This document shows positions 48,743 to 59,025 of a stretch of DNA of 64,000 nucleotides, piece after piece. The position numbers were made by a program, and so were the translations under genes. Numbering within the stretch: position 1 is the stretch's first letter; each line of letters opens with the position of its first letter. The stretch spans positions 33,542,001-33,606,000 of the forward strand of contig OZ249437.1 in NCBI GenBank assembly GCA_965235115.1. The letters are read 5' to 3'. This DNA is from Laetmonice hystrix (taxonomy: Eukaryota). The notes under the pieces are model-generated. The model made no database searches and had not been told where the DNA came from. It saw only the letters and a program-made list of their open reading frames with translations.

Positions 48743-49029
48743 TTCCATGACTCTTGGAGGGAACTCCTCGACTGGTTGGTGGAGAGTGAAGCTGCTTTAG
48801 ATTCTGACTCGCACATCTCCAACGATTCGGACAAAATCAAGGCACAGATAGCAAGACACAAGGAATTCCAACGTATGCTTGGCGCCAAACAACCTGCCTT
48901 TGACAACGTCAGTCGTATGGGTAAACGACTCAAGGACAAAAGTCCCAAACAAGATGTACCCATTATACAGGAAATGCTGAATGAAATGAAATCAAGGTGG
49001 AACAACATCTGTACAAAGTCTGTGGACAG
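48743..49029 (+). CDS. shot: Spectraplakin exon, spectrin repeat
   Basis: CAG|FHDSWRELLD...CTKSVD(R)|GTAGGC, 287 nt, 0-2. Confidence 0.9.
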
Positions 49030-49254
49030 GTAGGCTTGTTAGACATATCTGTAACTGTCAGTAGTTGAAAGGTTGCTGTGGGGTTTGGATGTGACGTAAT
49101 AATTGTTTTTTTCAGGCCTAAAGCAATCCACAGTTGTCCTTGATTGGGAAGCTTTATTTTATAACCATTTTCAATTACGTCAGTGACTTTGGAAATATGT
49201 GTTGCTGATGTATCAAGCCAGTCAATGATGCCTTTGACGTATGTGATGTTATAG

Positions 49255-49738
49255 GCAGAGGAAGCTGGAGGAATCGCTGCTGGTCTCGGGACAGTTCAAG
49301 GAGGCGCTCCAGGCGTTGTTAGACTGGTTGTACAAGGTAGAACCAAACCTGGCGGAGGACCAACCACTCCATGGCGACCTGGATACGGTGAACAGCCTGG
49401 TGGAGGAACACAAGTCCTTCCAACACGAGCTAGGCAAGCGACAGCCCAACATCTCCTCCGTCAAGAAGGCTGCTCGAGAGATGATGGAGAAATCAGACGA
49501 GGACCACACCCACCTCCAGAACCAGCTCATCGACCTCACCACCAAGTGGGACAAGATCTGCAAGATGTCTGTCGCCAAGCAGGACAGACTGGACGACGCT
49601 CTGCAGCAGGCTGAGGACTTCCACAAGAAAACCCATGGACTGCTGGACTGGCTGGCTCAGGCTGAGCGACTACTCCGGTACCAGGGCGTCCTACCTGAAG
49701 ACCAGGACTCACTTATCAAGCAGCTGGAAGAACATAAG
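49255..49738 (+). CDS. shot: Spectraplakin exon, spectrin repeats
   Basis: TAG|(R)QRKLEESLL...QLEEHK|GTGTGA, 484 nt, 2-0. Confidence 0.9.
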
Positions 49739-49916
49739 GTGTGAATCAAGAAACGGATGGGAAAGGATTTACTGTACAGTTGGGTTCTGTGGCGCGTTCA
49801 TCCTTGGAGAAACTGTCATATTTTTTTAAGATAGAAGAATAACAGGAAGACACTTATTTTTATTCTAAATTTCTTTTGAAATATGAGTGAAGAAAAAAAT
49901 GTGTTTGATTTTACAG

Positions 49917-50060
49917 AAGTTTTTGGGTGAACTGGAAGACAAGGAAGCAGACCTCCAGGAGGGTCTCCAGGCCGGTCAAGACATCCTCAAGCGCTGCCAT
50001 CCAGACGCCACGACAACAGTCAAACACTGGTTGACCATCCTCCAGGCCAGATGGGAAGAG
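49917..50060 (+). CDS. shot: Spectraplakin exon, spectrin repeat
   Basis: CAG|KFLGELEDKE...QARWEE|GTTCGT, 144 nt, 0-0. Confidence 0.87.
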
Positions 50061-50280
50061 GTTCGTTGACTGCTCAAACCTTTTGTGTGTTTTTAAGCCA
50101 GAAAGGGTAAATGGGTTGAAGTTAAGAATGTTTTTTTTGTTTAACATCCAGTGCTTAGTATAGGCCTCCAACTTTAATGAAAGAAGATACTAGTAATAAA
50201 TTTGATCTTTTATCAGTCATACAATTCTGCCAACCAACCAAAATAAACACAGGTTCTAATGCATCGGCTTTGATGTTAAG

Positions 50281-50606
50281 GTATCCGCTTGGGCTCGGCA
50301 ACGAGAACAGAAGCTTGAAGATGCTCTGAAGGACCTGAAGACAAACGGCCAGCTCCTTGACGAGCTCATGTCATGGCTGATGGGAGCTGAGGCGACGTTG
50401 GTGGTGCAGGATGCACAACCCATCCCAGAGAACATCCCCATTATTGAACAGCTGCTGCATGACCACCAGACCTTCCAAGGTGACATCTCCTCACGACAAC
50501 CCGAGGTGGAGAGACTCACCAAGACTAGCAAACAGAAACCAGCTCTTGAAACTCAGATCCCGACGTCCAGGACGGCCAGGAGGATCGCCACCCCGCGAAG
50601 ACCTAC
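50281..50606 (+). CDS. shot: Spectraplakin exon, last spectrin repeat
   Basis: AAG|VSAWARQREQ...TPRRP(T)|GTATGT, 326 nt, 0-2. Confidence 0.87.
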
Positions 50607-50635
50607 GTATGTTATTTTTTGTGTGCTGCATCTTA

Positions 50636-50916
50636 AGGCCGCCGCACACGACGAACATATTCGCGGACATTTGTTCACGAACAAAAATCCGCTCAAACAA
50701 TTATTGTTCGCGAGCAATTGTTCATCGGTATTCGACATGCAGATGTTTAACAGAAATTCGTGGTTTACCGCAGATGACGAACATTTGTTCGGAAATATTA
50801 AACATGTTGAATACCGACGAACAATTGTTCGTTCGGCGTTTTGATCAACGCACACGAGCGGATTTTTATCCGGGAACAAATGTTCCAGAACAAATGTTCG
50901 TCGTGTGCGGCGGCCT
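50636..50916. mobile_element. 281-bp MITE, PIF/Harbinger-type
   Basis: Perfect 23-bp TIR AGGCCGCCGCACACGACGAACAT (50636-50658 / 50894-50916) flanked by TTA on both sides (50633-50635, 50917-50919). No transposase. Confidence 0.8.
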
Positions 50917-51090
50917 TTAGGCTTAGTATCAAGTTATGACTTGAGTAGATATTCATAGCTAAAGTTGTATGAATTTCCCAAAAGAAAAAAATTCTGGGAT
51001 CGTTCTGTCATGGTGACAGAAAGTTCAGATGGTTGTATTAAAGTGCAGGAACACATAGTTAAAGGAACATTTTTACCTGTCATGGTTTAG

Positions 51091-51232
51091 AAAACGAGAT
51101 GGCACCAGAACACCAGAGCCGGAGTTTAAGAACCCACGGGTCGGAGCGTTGTTCAACAAGTGGCGGCAAGTCTGGCTGTTATCTATGGATCGACAACGCA
51201 AACTGCAGGATATGCTCGACAGACTGAATGAG
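51091..51232 (+). CDS. shot: Spectraplakin exon, end of rod
   Basis: TAG|(T)[47 protein letters not shown]|GTAGGC, 142 nt, 2-0. Confidence 0.9.
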
Positions 51233-51364
51233 GTAGGCAAAAGTTCTTACGGATTTTACCACTGAAACATCATTAAGGACACTAAACATTATAAATCCAG
51301 GAAGAATTTCCAGAAAGAAAGTCAAGAGGACCATTTTGATGCCTTGCTGTACTTCTGTTTTTAG

Positions 51365-51527
51365 TCTGAGAAGATGAAACACTTTGAGTTTGATGAATGG
51401 CGGCGTCGCTACATGCGGTGGATGAACCACAACAAGTCGCGCGTCATGGACTTCTTCCGACGTCAAGACCGAGATCATGATGGCAAAGTGACGCGACAGG
51501 AGTTCATAGACGGCATCATGGCTTCCA
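51365..51527 (+). CDS. shot: Spectraplakin exon, EF-hand 1
   Basis: TAG|[54 protein letters not shown]|GTAAGT, 163 nt, 0-1. Confidence 0.93.
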
Positions 51528-52031
51528 GTAAGTGGTGCCCTAACTGTGAAATTGTACTTTCCATGGGATTTAGGTTTCTATGGGTATAGTCTGATTACAG
51601 TTTAAGTCTGCAGGTGAACCCCGAAGTCAAAATTTGACTTAAACGTCACTGTAGTTGTGTAATCGAATCAGCACCACTACAATGTTAAGATTTCTGGTGA
51701 TAGAAGTAGTGGAATCTATAGTAGGAAAGTACATGTGTAGTGAAATTGAAATAAATATTTCTCCTGTAGTGTAGATGGTTATTTGGGGATCTATAGTGGA
51801 ATGGCCTGAAAAACTGGTGCATTCCTTTGTATCCACGATGTGCATGAGTTCAGTTGATACTGTTAAGTTCCAGTAGATATTTAGAATCGATAGAACGCCC
51901 CGTGTAAAGCTGTAAAAAACCCATAGTCCTCGAATGTCAGGTTAAGACATCGTGCCGTACATTACCACACACATGTGAATATCCAACCCGACCATGATGA
52001 AAAACCTTGTATCTCATGGAATCCCTTTCAG

Positions 52032-52055
52032 CCGAGAGTATGGCCAGACCCACTG
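52032..52055 (+). CDS. Candidate 24-nt microexon between the EF-hands
   Basis: CCCTTTCAG|CCGAGAGTATGGCCAGACCCACTG|GTAAGT, phase 1-1, stop-free. Confidence 0.45.
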
Positions 52056-52957
52056 GTAAGTTGTCAGAGTGCTGCTGCTACTGATGTGAAACTAGGTTTA
52101 AATAGGCAAGAGTCGCCCCCACCCCCTATCATGTCCCACCCACCTTCCTCCCATGTACCCCTGACCTCCTCTGACACCTCCCTTCGCTCCCAAACATGTC
52201 TGCCAGTAGTAAGATATACTCCGTGTCCATGTCTCCACTTGCCGTTCATCCTGGTACATTCACTGCAGGACTCGCAGGCAGCCAGGGTTCTGTTAGGGTT
52301 GACTGACACAGCTAGAGGACCCGTTGATACTTGATTGTTAATACTGTATAAATCTATTTGACATCCATACTAACATTTAACCTTCACCTTACTGGTTCCT
52401 TCGGCCATTGGGGTCGCTGGCGACAAAGGGGTAAGATATCTGAAAGTATGTGTTGTGCACTAGTTGAAGCTACTACTGTTACATTATATCATTTAGTTGT
52501 TCAGAAGCATACATTTTGTATGTTGATGAAGTCTGTCCACACATATAAAAAAGAAGTACCTTCTAGTATGTAGCATTTTGAGATTGAGTTCAGTGTCCTT
52601 TATCTAATTATTTTATTTTTTATAGAATTTTCGAGATCTTTAAGTTGTATAAGTTTTTAAATTTAGTTTCCGCGTAACAAAATTAGATATGAGTATTTAA
52701 GTGCAAGTTTAAGGGCATGGATACATGTTGTATTTTCATGTTTTAGACAGTGTTATCTGGTAGTTAGTTACTCTCACACAGTACAGTCCATCACAAAACG
52801 AGCGTGTGAGAGATCAGGCTAGACAGTGCATGTTAGAACAATGGCTCGTTGTTCTGCCTTGTTAAGACGTATAGTGAGAAGGAAAGGATGTATTAGTGAG
52901 GATTCCTAACTTGGTATAGGACCACCTGTGTACCCAGTACTATCTGTGAATGTGTTT

Positions 52958-53141
52958 GTTAAGGTCATACGCTCCCTTACCTCATAACTTAATAACATAA
53001 TGAGATTTATTGCTAGTCTTTTAGCCAATGGTCAGAAATTTTCCTTCTGCGGCTGCGCGGTGACCGCGCAGCCCCCTCCCACCTGATGACGTCACCACCC
53101 GGCCCATTTGAGCTGGCTAGCTAGTCACATTTTGTCTGACC
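52958..53141 (+). repeat. DIRS left inverted terminal repeat
   Basis: 52976-53141 is the reverse complement of 58815-58981 (one 1-nt indel). 52958-53006 is complementary to the ICR. Confidence 0.93.
53035..53094 (+). promoter_or_regulatory. Putative ITR promoter module: CCAAT box, GC hairpin, CRE/ATF site (mirrored in right ITR)
   Basis: CCAAT 53035-53039; perfect 10-bp stem GGCTGCGCGG-TGA-CCGCGCAGCC 53051-53073; TGACGTCA 53087-53094. Function inferred. Confidence 0.45.
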
Positions 53142-53479
53142 ACGGGTGTACCCACACGTGTTCGTCAGACTATTGCGGAGTTATAGCCTTTGGTCAGGCT
53201 TGGGTTTATTTTTTTCGTTACACAGAAACTGTGAGTATTTAAACCCTTGGTTCTTCTTTCGATTTTCGCTCGCCAGCTTTTCCTGTCCGGAGAGTGTGGT
53301 TTTACGAGCGGTTTGCATTGTTCGTTTGTTGTATTTACCGACTCGCCACGTAATGTGGTTTGGTGTCGGTGCTACCGGTCACCGCTTCGTCTCAGCCTTT
53401 TGACTGTTGACCGGCGGTTGACGAAGCTTCCATGAATTGAGTGACTGGTGTTTAATTTTGGTATGTTTTACCGTCACAG

Positions 53480-55593
53480 ATGACCAGGTGTCAACATGAG
53501 TTACTCTTAGGCCTATGGGACAACCATGACCGCTGCGTCAGGTGCCGGGAGTGTTCGTCTTTGGAGCCGTGCACGGCGCGTGGCTCTACGTATTTTGAGT
53601 AAGCCGAGAAAACGACCGCTGGCGGAGGACGACCGTCGGCGGTGTGAAGCGCTCGAGAGTTGGAGGCCAGACGGGGTCGCGGACCTCGGCTCTCCGTCTG
53701 AGTCGACGGCCGGGGCGGACTCGGTGGCCGGGTCGTCAGTCCGGGGGGTCTCAGCCAGACCTGCCGTCGAGCTTAGGATGTGGTAGGACGACCTCCCCGG
53801 GGAAGTTGGCTTCGGGCGGCGAGGGGGCCGGTGTGGCTCCGGTCTCCATTCGGCGGAGTGGAGACCTGGCTCCCTTTTACGATTGGTACGGGGTCGCACG
53901 CGGTTGACCGTCCAAGTAGACGGGATTCCGTGATGCCTAACTTGACCCAGACGTCGGACTGTCCGCCAGACAGGCAGGGGCAGGACGGCGTCTCGTAACC
54001 TTTCGGAGATTGAGACAGGGTCGCACATGGTTGACCGTCCAAGTAGACGGGATTCCGTGATGCCCAACTTGACCCAGACGTCGGACTGTCTGCCAGACAG
54101 GCAGGGGCAGGACGGCGTCTTGTCCAATCTAGTGGCCAGGGAGGCTGATGACCCGATGTTCGGGATGTCGGTCTCCCAGCCGGTGAACTGTCAGCCCAAG
54201 AGGCAGGGGCAGGGATCCGGCTTACCTGACGGCGGAATGAGACTAGGCCACAGTCAGGGCGGTAACGTTGCCCCCGGGCTTGATTTCTTCAGAGATTTCG
54301 AGCCCGTCGGCGGAGCCCTTCAAAGCGCGGGGGCGTCGAGCGTCCGGCGTGACGAGCCTGTGCGTGACGGCGCTCGCCTTCAGTTCTCACGGGGGAGAAC
54401 TACGACACCCTCGGCCACGATAACACGGGAGTCGGTTAGGCTGGACCCCAACCAGCGGCGTAGTAGGCCCTTTCAAGATGGGAGTGACTCGGTTGCTGAT
54501 CTCTCCCCTCCCCGACTAGTTGCGGAGTCCGGCCCGGTTAGGTCTAGGTCTCCTCTACGTCGTCACCAGCCGTGGGATGGAGACTCCGTGCAGGAGCTTC
54601 CCTTGAGCTTTGCGGAGTTGCGTAGCAAGGCATCCCGCCTCCTAGGAGAGCAGGTTTGCCCGCCTCGTCGGGATTCCCCCTGCTTAGCCATGCCAGCGGT
54701 GCCTGCCTTTCAGTTAGACTGGGGTTCGCCCCTGCCGGAGGTGGTGAATTTTCCGTAGGAGCCAGTAATACATAGATTTGGGACGTCCTCTCGGCTTGGC
54801 TTAAAGGAGTTCCCGGCAAGCCTTCCACGTCGGGCTTGCCAAGCCCACCGGTGGGAGCCCTGGATTCGACCCCTAGTGGTATGGGGACTGGGAATTTCTT
54901 CAAGTTTGACAAAGGAAAGACCCGGCCGAAGATTAAGTGGTTCCGTCCCCAGGACTATTTGCTGCACTCGGGACCTCCAGCTGCCGGTCCCTCGCTAGAT
55001 GGGGAGGCTGCGGCTCTCAACATTTCGGAGCCCTCCAATATTTCGGTTTCTCGTTACCTCTTAGGAGAATTTGACGATAGGGCACGAGCTACGACGGCCG
55101 CGGCGATTTCGGCCGAGTTTTTGTTAGCTGCGGCTCAGAAATCTCTACGCGCTGGGTCCCTTGCGGATGTGGAGGTTTTCTGTCTTCGTCTGCGGTCGCC
55201 CTTCGCCACGTGATCGAGCTACAGGTGCGAACTCAGGCATATGTGATGTTGCTCCGGCGTGATGCGGCTTTAAAGTCTTCAGTCTTATCTGAAGCATCTC
55301 GCACTCTGTTACGCCTAACTCCCCTGCAGGCGGACTGGCTATTCGCGGGTCAGTTGGCAGAGGCTGCGACGCGCGAGAAGGCGGCTTGGGAATTACGTCG
55401 TAGTCTTGAACCCCCAGCGGCTCATTCTCGTTATGGTCGACAAGCTCTACGCCGGCCGTTGCAGCACTTTCGGCCGTTCTACCCCCAGAGTGGGCCGACT
55501 CTTAGGCCGACGGAGTCTATGTTCCGGGGACGGGGACGGGGGCCCAGTCGGGGCCGTCCCCAGTCACGGGGCCGGTGGCGCGGCCGTCCTTAG
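53480..55593 (+). pseudogene. DIRS ORF1 (gag-like), frameshifted
   Basis: N-terminal Cys/His knuckle MTRCQHELLLGLWDNHDRCVRCRECSSLEPC, then frame changes. C-terminal LLRRDAAL...LRLTPLQADWLFAG block typical of DIRS ORF1. Confidence 0.7.
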
Positions 55594-55641
55594 TGGCGCT
55601 CCCTCTCCAGGAGGTGGGGGTCTCCCCTGCTCTCTCGGTCC

Positions 55642-57390
55642 GTGGGTCTGCGCCTTCGGCGTGAGGGCGCGCGTTTTGGGTTGTCGCGATGTGTGGACCC
55701 TTTCTGTCCTCAGGGACGGTCTACGCATCGAGTTTGCGACCGTTCCGCCGCGTCTGTCGCCGGTAGTGAGGCCGTTCAGGCTGCCGCCTGGTTTAGTGCA
55801 ACGCCGTTGCTGACGGAGGTCCGGTCCCTTCTAGACAAGGCGGCTGTGGTTCGAGTAGCGCCAGGGCAAGCAGCGCCGGGGTTCTTCTCCCCGATGTTTC
55901 TGGTGAGCAAGGCGTCGGGCGGCCTTCGTCCGGTCTTCAATCTGAAAGCTCTGAACACTCACCTCTACCGGGAAAAGTTTCAAATGGAGACGGTAGAGGG
56001 AGTGTCACAGAGCTTGAGAGTGGGGGACTGGGCGGTGACCTTGGACATCGAGGATGCATACCTGTCCCCATCTTTCGCCCTCATCAACGCAACCTGCGAT
56101 TTGCTACGGGACCTGAGGACTGTTATCAGTTTACAGTCCTTCCGCTTGTGTTAACGTCAGCACCACGGGTGTTCACGAAACTGGCGGCGCAGGTCGGACA
56201 CTGGGCCCGGCAGAGAGGAATGCTCCTTCACCTGTACCTGGACGACTGGTTGTTACGCAATCCAGATCGGAAGCTGTGGTGCGACCAGGCGGACGGGTTG
56301 CTCCGTACCGTGGCGGAGCTGGAGTGGAGGCTCAACCTTCCGAAGTGTTCCCTTCGACCGTCCCAACAGTTCGTTTATCTGGGATTCCGTTGGGACACGC
56401 TTTTGGGCCGAGTGTTTCTAACCGCCAGATGGCAGGAGAAACTGTGGGCTATTCTCCCGCGGCCCGTTTGTGGGTCCAGGTGTTGGGTTTGCTCAAACTT
56501 GGGGTCACGGGCGGTGCCGTTGGGCAGGCTGCACCTTCGTCCGATGCAGTTCGCTTTGCTGAGTCAGTGGCAACCGTTCAGAGATCCACTGGAAGCGCGT
56601 GTCCCGTTACCCCCGAATCTAGGACTTTGGATCCGGTGGTGGACGGGATGGGAGGCTCTCACGGAGGGCCGGCTGTTTGGACAGAGGGTGCCGACTGTCC
56701 ATATGTTCACCGACGCGTCGTTGACGGGCTGGGGGCCCATCTTCTAGACTGGGAGGCCCAGGGCACGTGGTCCCCGGAAGAGTTGGGGTACCACGTGAAC
56801 GTCCTGGAACTGCTGGCCATTTTCAGGGGCTTGTAGCAGTTCACGGAACAGGTGACGGGGTCCGTACTGTTAATTCATTCAGCCAACGTGGCGTTGGCTT
56901 ACCTTCGCAAGGAGGGGGGCACGCCTTCGGCTCGTCTGTTCCGGATGACGTGGGACATCCTGTGGTGGTGTCGCAACCACGAGGTCGACTTACAGCTAAC
57001 CCACGTCCAAGGGAAGTCCTACCAATGGGCGGATTCGCTCTCGCGGGGGGCAGACTGCCACCGTCGGACTGGTCTCTACGGAGAGACGTAGTCCGGGGGA
57101 TTTTTCAGGTTTGGGGGGAGCCACAGGTGGATCTGTTTGCCACTCGGGCCAGTCATCAGCTCCCCCTTTACGTGAGCCCCTTTCCGGATCAGTGCGCCAT
57201 TGCTGTAGACGCTCTGTCGATCCCTTGCTACGGAGAGTGTTAGCAAGGATCAGATCGGAGAAGGCCACCCTGATTCTCGTGGCCCCCTGGTGGACATCAC
57301 AACCGTGGTTCCCCGATATAGGGGAGCTCCTACTGGATCGTCCCAGGGAGCTACCGGTTTCGGCGGACTTGCTGGAACAGAGGACTGTAC
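55642..57390 (+). pseudogene. DIRS ORF2: reverse transcriptase - RNase H - DNA adenine methyltransferase-like, disrupted
   Basis: PGFFSPMFLVSKASGGLRPVFNLKALN, LDIEDAY, SAPRVFTK, YLDD (56235-56246), FTDASLTGWG, HVNVLELLAI, DLFAT, ILVAPWWTSQPWFP. Motifs are split over all three frames, with a stop at 56834-56836. Confidence 0.92.
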
Positions 57391-57399
57391 AGACTTCAC

Positions 57400-58472
57400 G
57401 CATTTCTGTTGTCCGGGGACGATGCGAAGATCAGGGATTCTCTGGCCCCGTGTCAGAATTTATCTCCCTCAAGCATCGACGGTCGACCCGTTCCGTCTAT
57501 CAGTCCCGATGGGCAGCCTTTGTCGCCTGGGCTGAGGACCGAAGGGTTGATGTCTCCGCTCCCTCTGTTTCGTCAGTACTTTCTACTGACCCAGTTTGAC
57601 CGCGGACTGTCAGTATCGGCGGTCCGGGGGTATCGATCAGCTATGGCATCGACGGTGTCGGACTCGGAAGGTCAGTCCTTGTTCGTCTCGCCGGAGTTGA
57701 GTGCGCTCCTGCGGAGTTTTTTTCCCTGCAAAGGCCGGTGGGGGCCAACAGGGCGCCTCTGTGGAATCTGGCTTTGGTTCTGGATTCCCTAACTCAGCCT
57801 CCCTTCGAGCCGCTAGGGTCGGTGGACCTTATACACCTGACGTGGAAGGTGTTGTTCCTGGTGGCTCTAGCGTTGGGACGGAGGCGGTCTGAGTTGCATG
57901 CATTCGGCGGGGCAGCTGAATACGTGCGGTTTGGGCGGCGGTATTCGGGGGTAACGCTTTAGTTCTTACCGCAGTTCATTCCTAAGAATCAGGATCCAGC
58001 GATTCCTACCCTGGCGGTTTCCTTTCCGGCTTTGTCCCCTGAGGTGGGCCAACATGATGCTGAGCGGCTCCTTTGTCCTGTGAGAGCTCTCAGATTCTAC
58101 CTGACTAGGACAGCAGATCGGCGAGCGTTGTCTGAACGGTTATTTGTCTCTGATGATGACCGGGTTCGTAGAGACATTGCGCCAGCTTCTCTGTCCCGCT
58201 GGCGATGCGAGACGGTAAGGCAAGCTTATGACACCGCCTCGCCAGATCAGTTGACTGTCGGCCAGGTGAGGGCGCACGAGGTAAGGACGTTGTCAGCTTC
58301 TTGGGCTCATTTTAACGGGGTAAGTGTTGGGGACATCATGAAGGCTGCTTACTGGCGGGCGGAGTCTACGTTCACTAAGTACTACCTCCGCCAGATGTGT
58401 GGTCAACGTGATGAGCTCTACAGTCTGGGGCCGGTGGTGGCGGCTCAGACAGTGGTATCCGGGACGCGGTAG
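57400..58472 (+). pseudogene. DIRS ORF3 tyrosine recombinase, disrupted
   Basis: GFSGPV..STRSVYQSRWAAF N-domain, LALGRRRSELHAF (R), FIPKNQ (K), LCPVRAL, HEVR (HxxR), IMKAAYWRAESTFTKYYL (W, Y). Frameshifts, and an in-frame TAG at 57960-57962. Confidence 0.92.
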
Positions 58473-58670
58473 GCGTCTACCGGGGGGAGGGGGGAGGGGG
58501 GAGGGGGGGGAGTGCGAGTGGGATCAGAAAAGCGGAACACTCGAGGGGGAGATGTAGGACGGTGGATCGGGAAGTCCGGAGAAATAGGAACTATTCCGGA
58601 CAACAGGATCCTCTTACAATAAAGAAATTTTAGGTAAATTGTTTTACCTCCTCCCATGCTTAGCACTCGT

Positions 58671-58776
58671 ATCTCATTATGTTATTAAGTTATGAGGTAA
58701 GGGAGCGTATGACCTTAACCAATACAGTTTTAGGGATAAACTGTTTGTTAAGGAATACGCGTACTTACCTCATAAC
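58671..58776 (+). other. DIRS internal complementary region (ICR)
   Basis: 58671-58719 is the exact reverse complement of 52958-53006. 58720-58776 is the exact reverse complement of 58969-59025. Confidence 0.95.
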
Positions 58777-58814
58777 AGTACAACCCTCCCTCCGTCCCCC
58801 CATTTTCTTTTGGG

Positions 58815-59025
58815 GGTCAGACAAAAATGTGACTAGCTAGCCAGCTCAAATGGGCCGGGTGGTGACGTCATCAGGTGGGAGGGGGCTGCGCGGTCACCGC
58901 GCAGCCGCAGAAGGAAAATTTCTGACCATTGGCTAAAAGACTAGCAATAAATCTCATTATGTTATTAAGTTATGAGGTAAGTACGCGTATTCCTTAACAA
59001 ACAGTTTATCCCTAAAACTGTATTG
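58815..59025 (-). repeat. DIRS right inverted terminal repeat with 3' extension
   Basis: Core 58815-58981 mirrors the left ITR. Extension TACGCGTATT...CTGTATTG (58982-59025) is matched by the ICR. Confidence 0.93.

Larger units (their letters stand above)
52958..59025 (+). mobile_element. DIRS1-like tyrosine-recombinase retrotransposon, full length (6,068 bp), coding-defective
   Basis: Inverted terminal repeats, an ICR complementary to both ends, and gag, RT (YLDD), RNase H, methyltransferase-like and YR remnants in canonical DIRS order. Confidence 0.95.

Noticed and set aside
52368-52436. TACTAAC, AG-free tract, AAG, GG, GTAAGA (apparent 2-nt exon or recursive site)
   Set aside because: 2 nt would shift the frame and the geometry is not AG|GT. 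TACTAAC is more simply a QKI-type or unused branch motif.
53513-58666. Many GC-rich ORFs on both strands taken as novel genes
   Set aside because: They are fragments or shadows of the frameshifted DIRS gag/RT/YR ORFs
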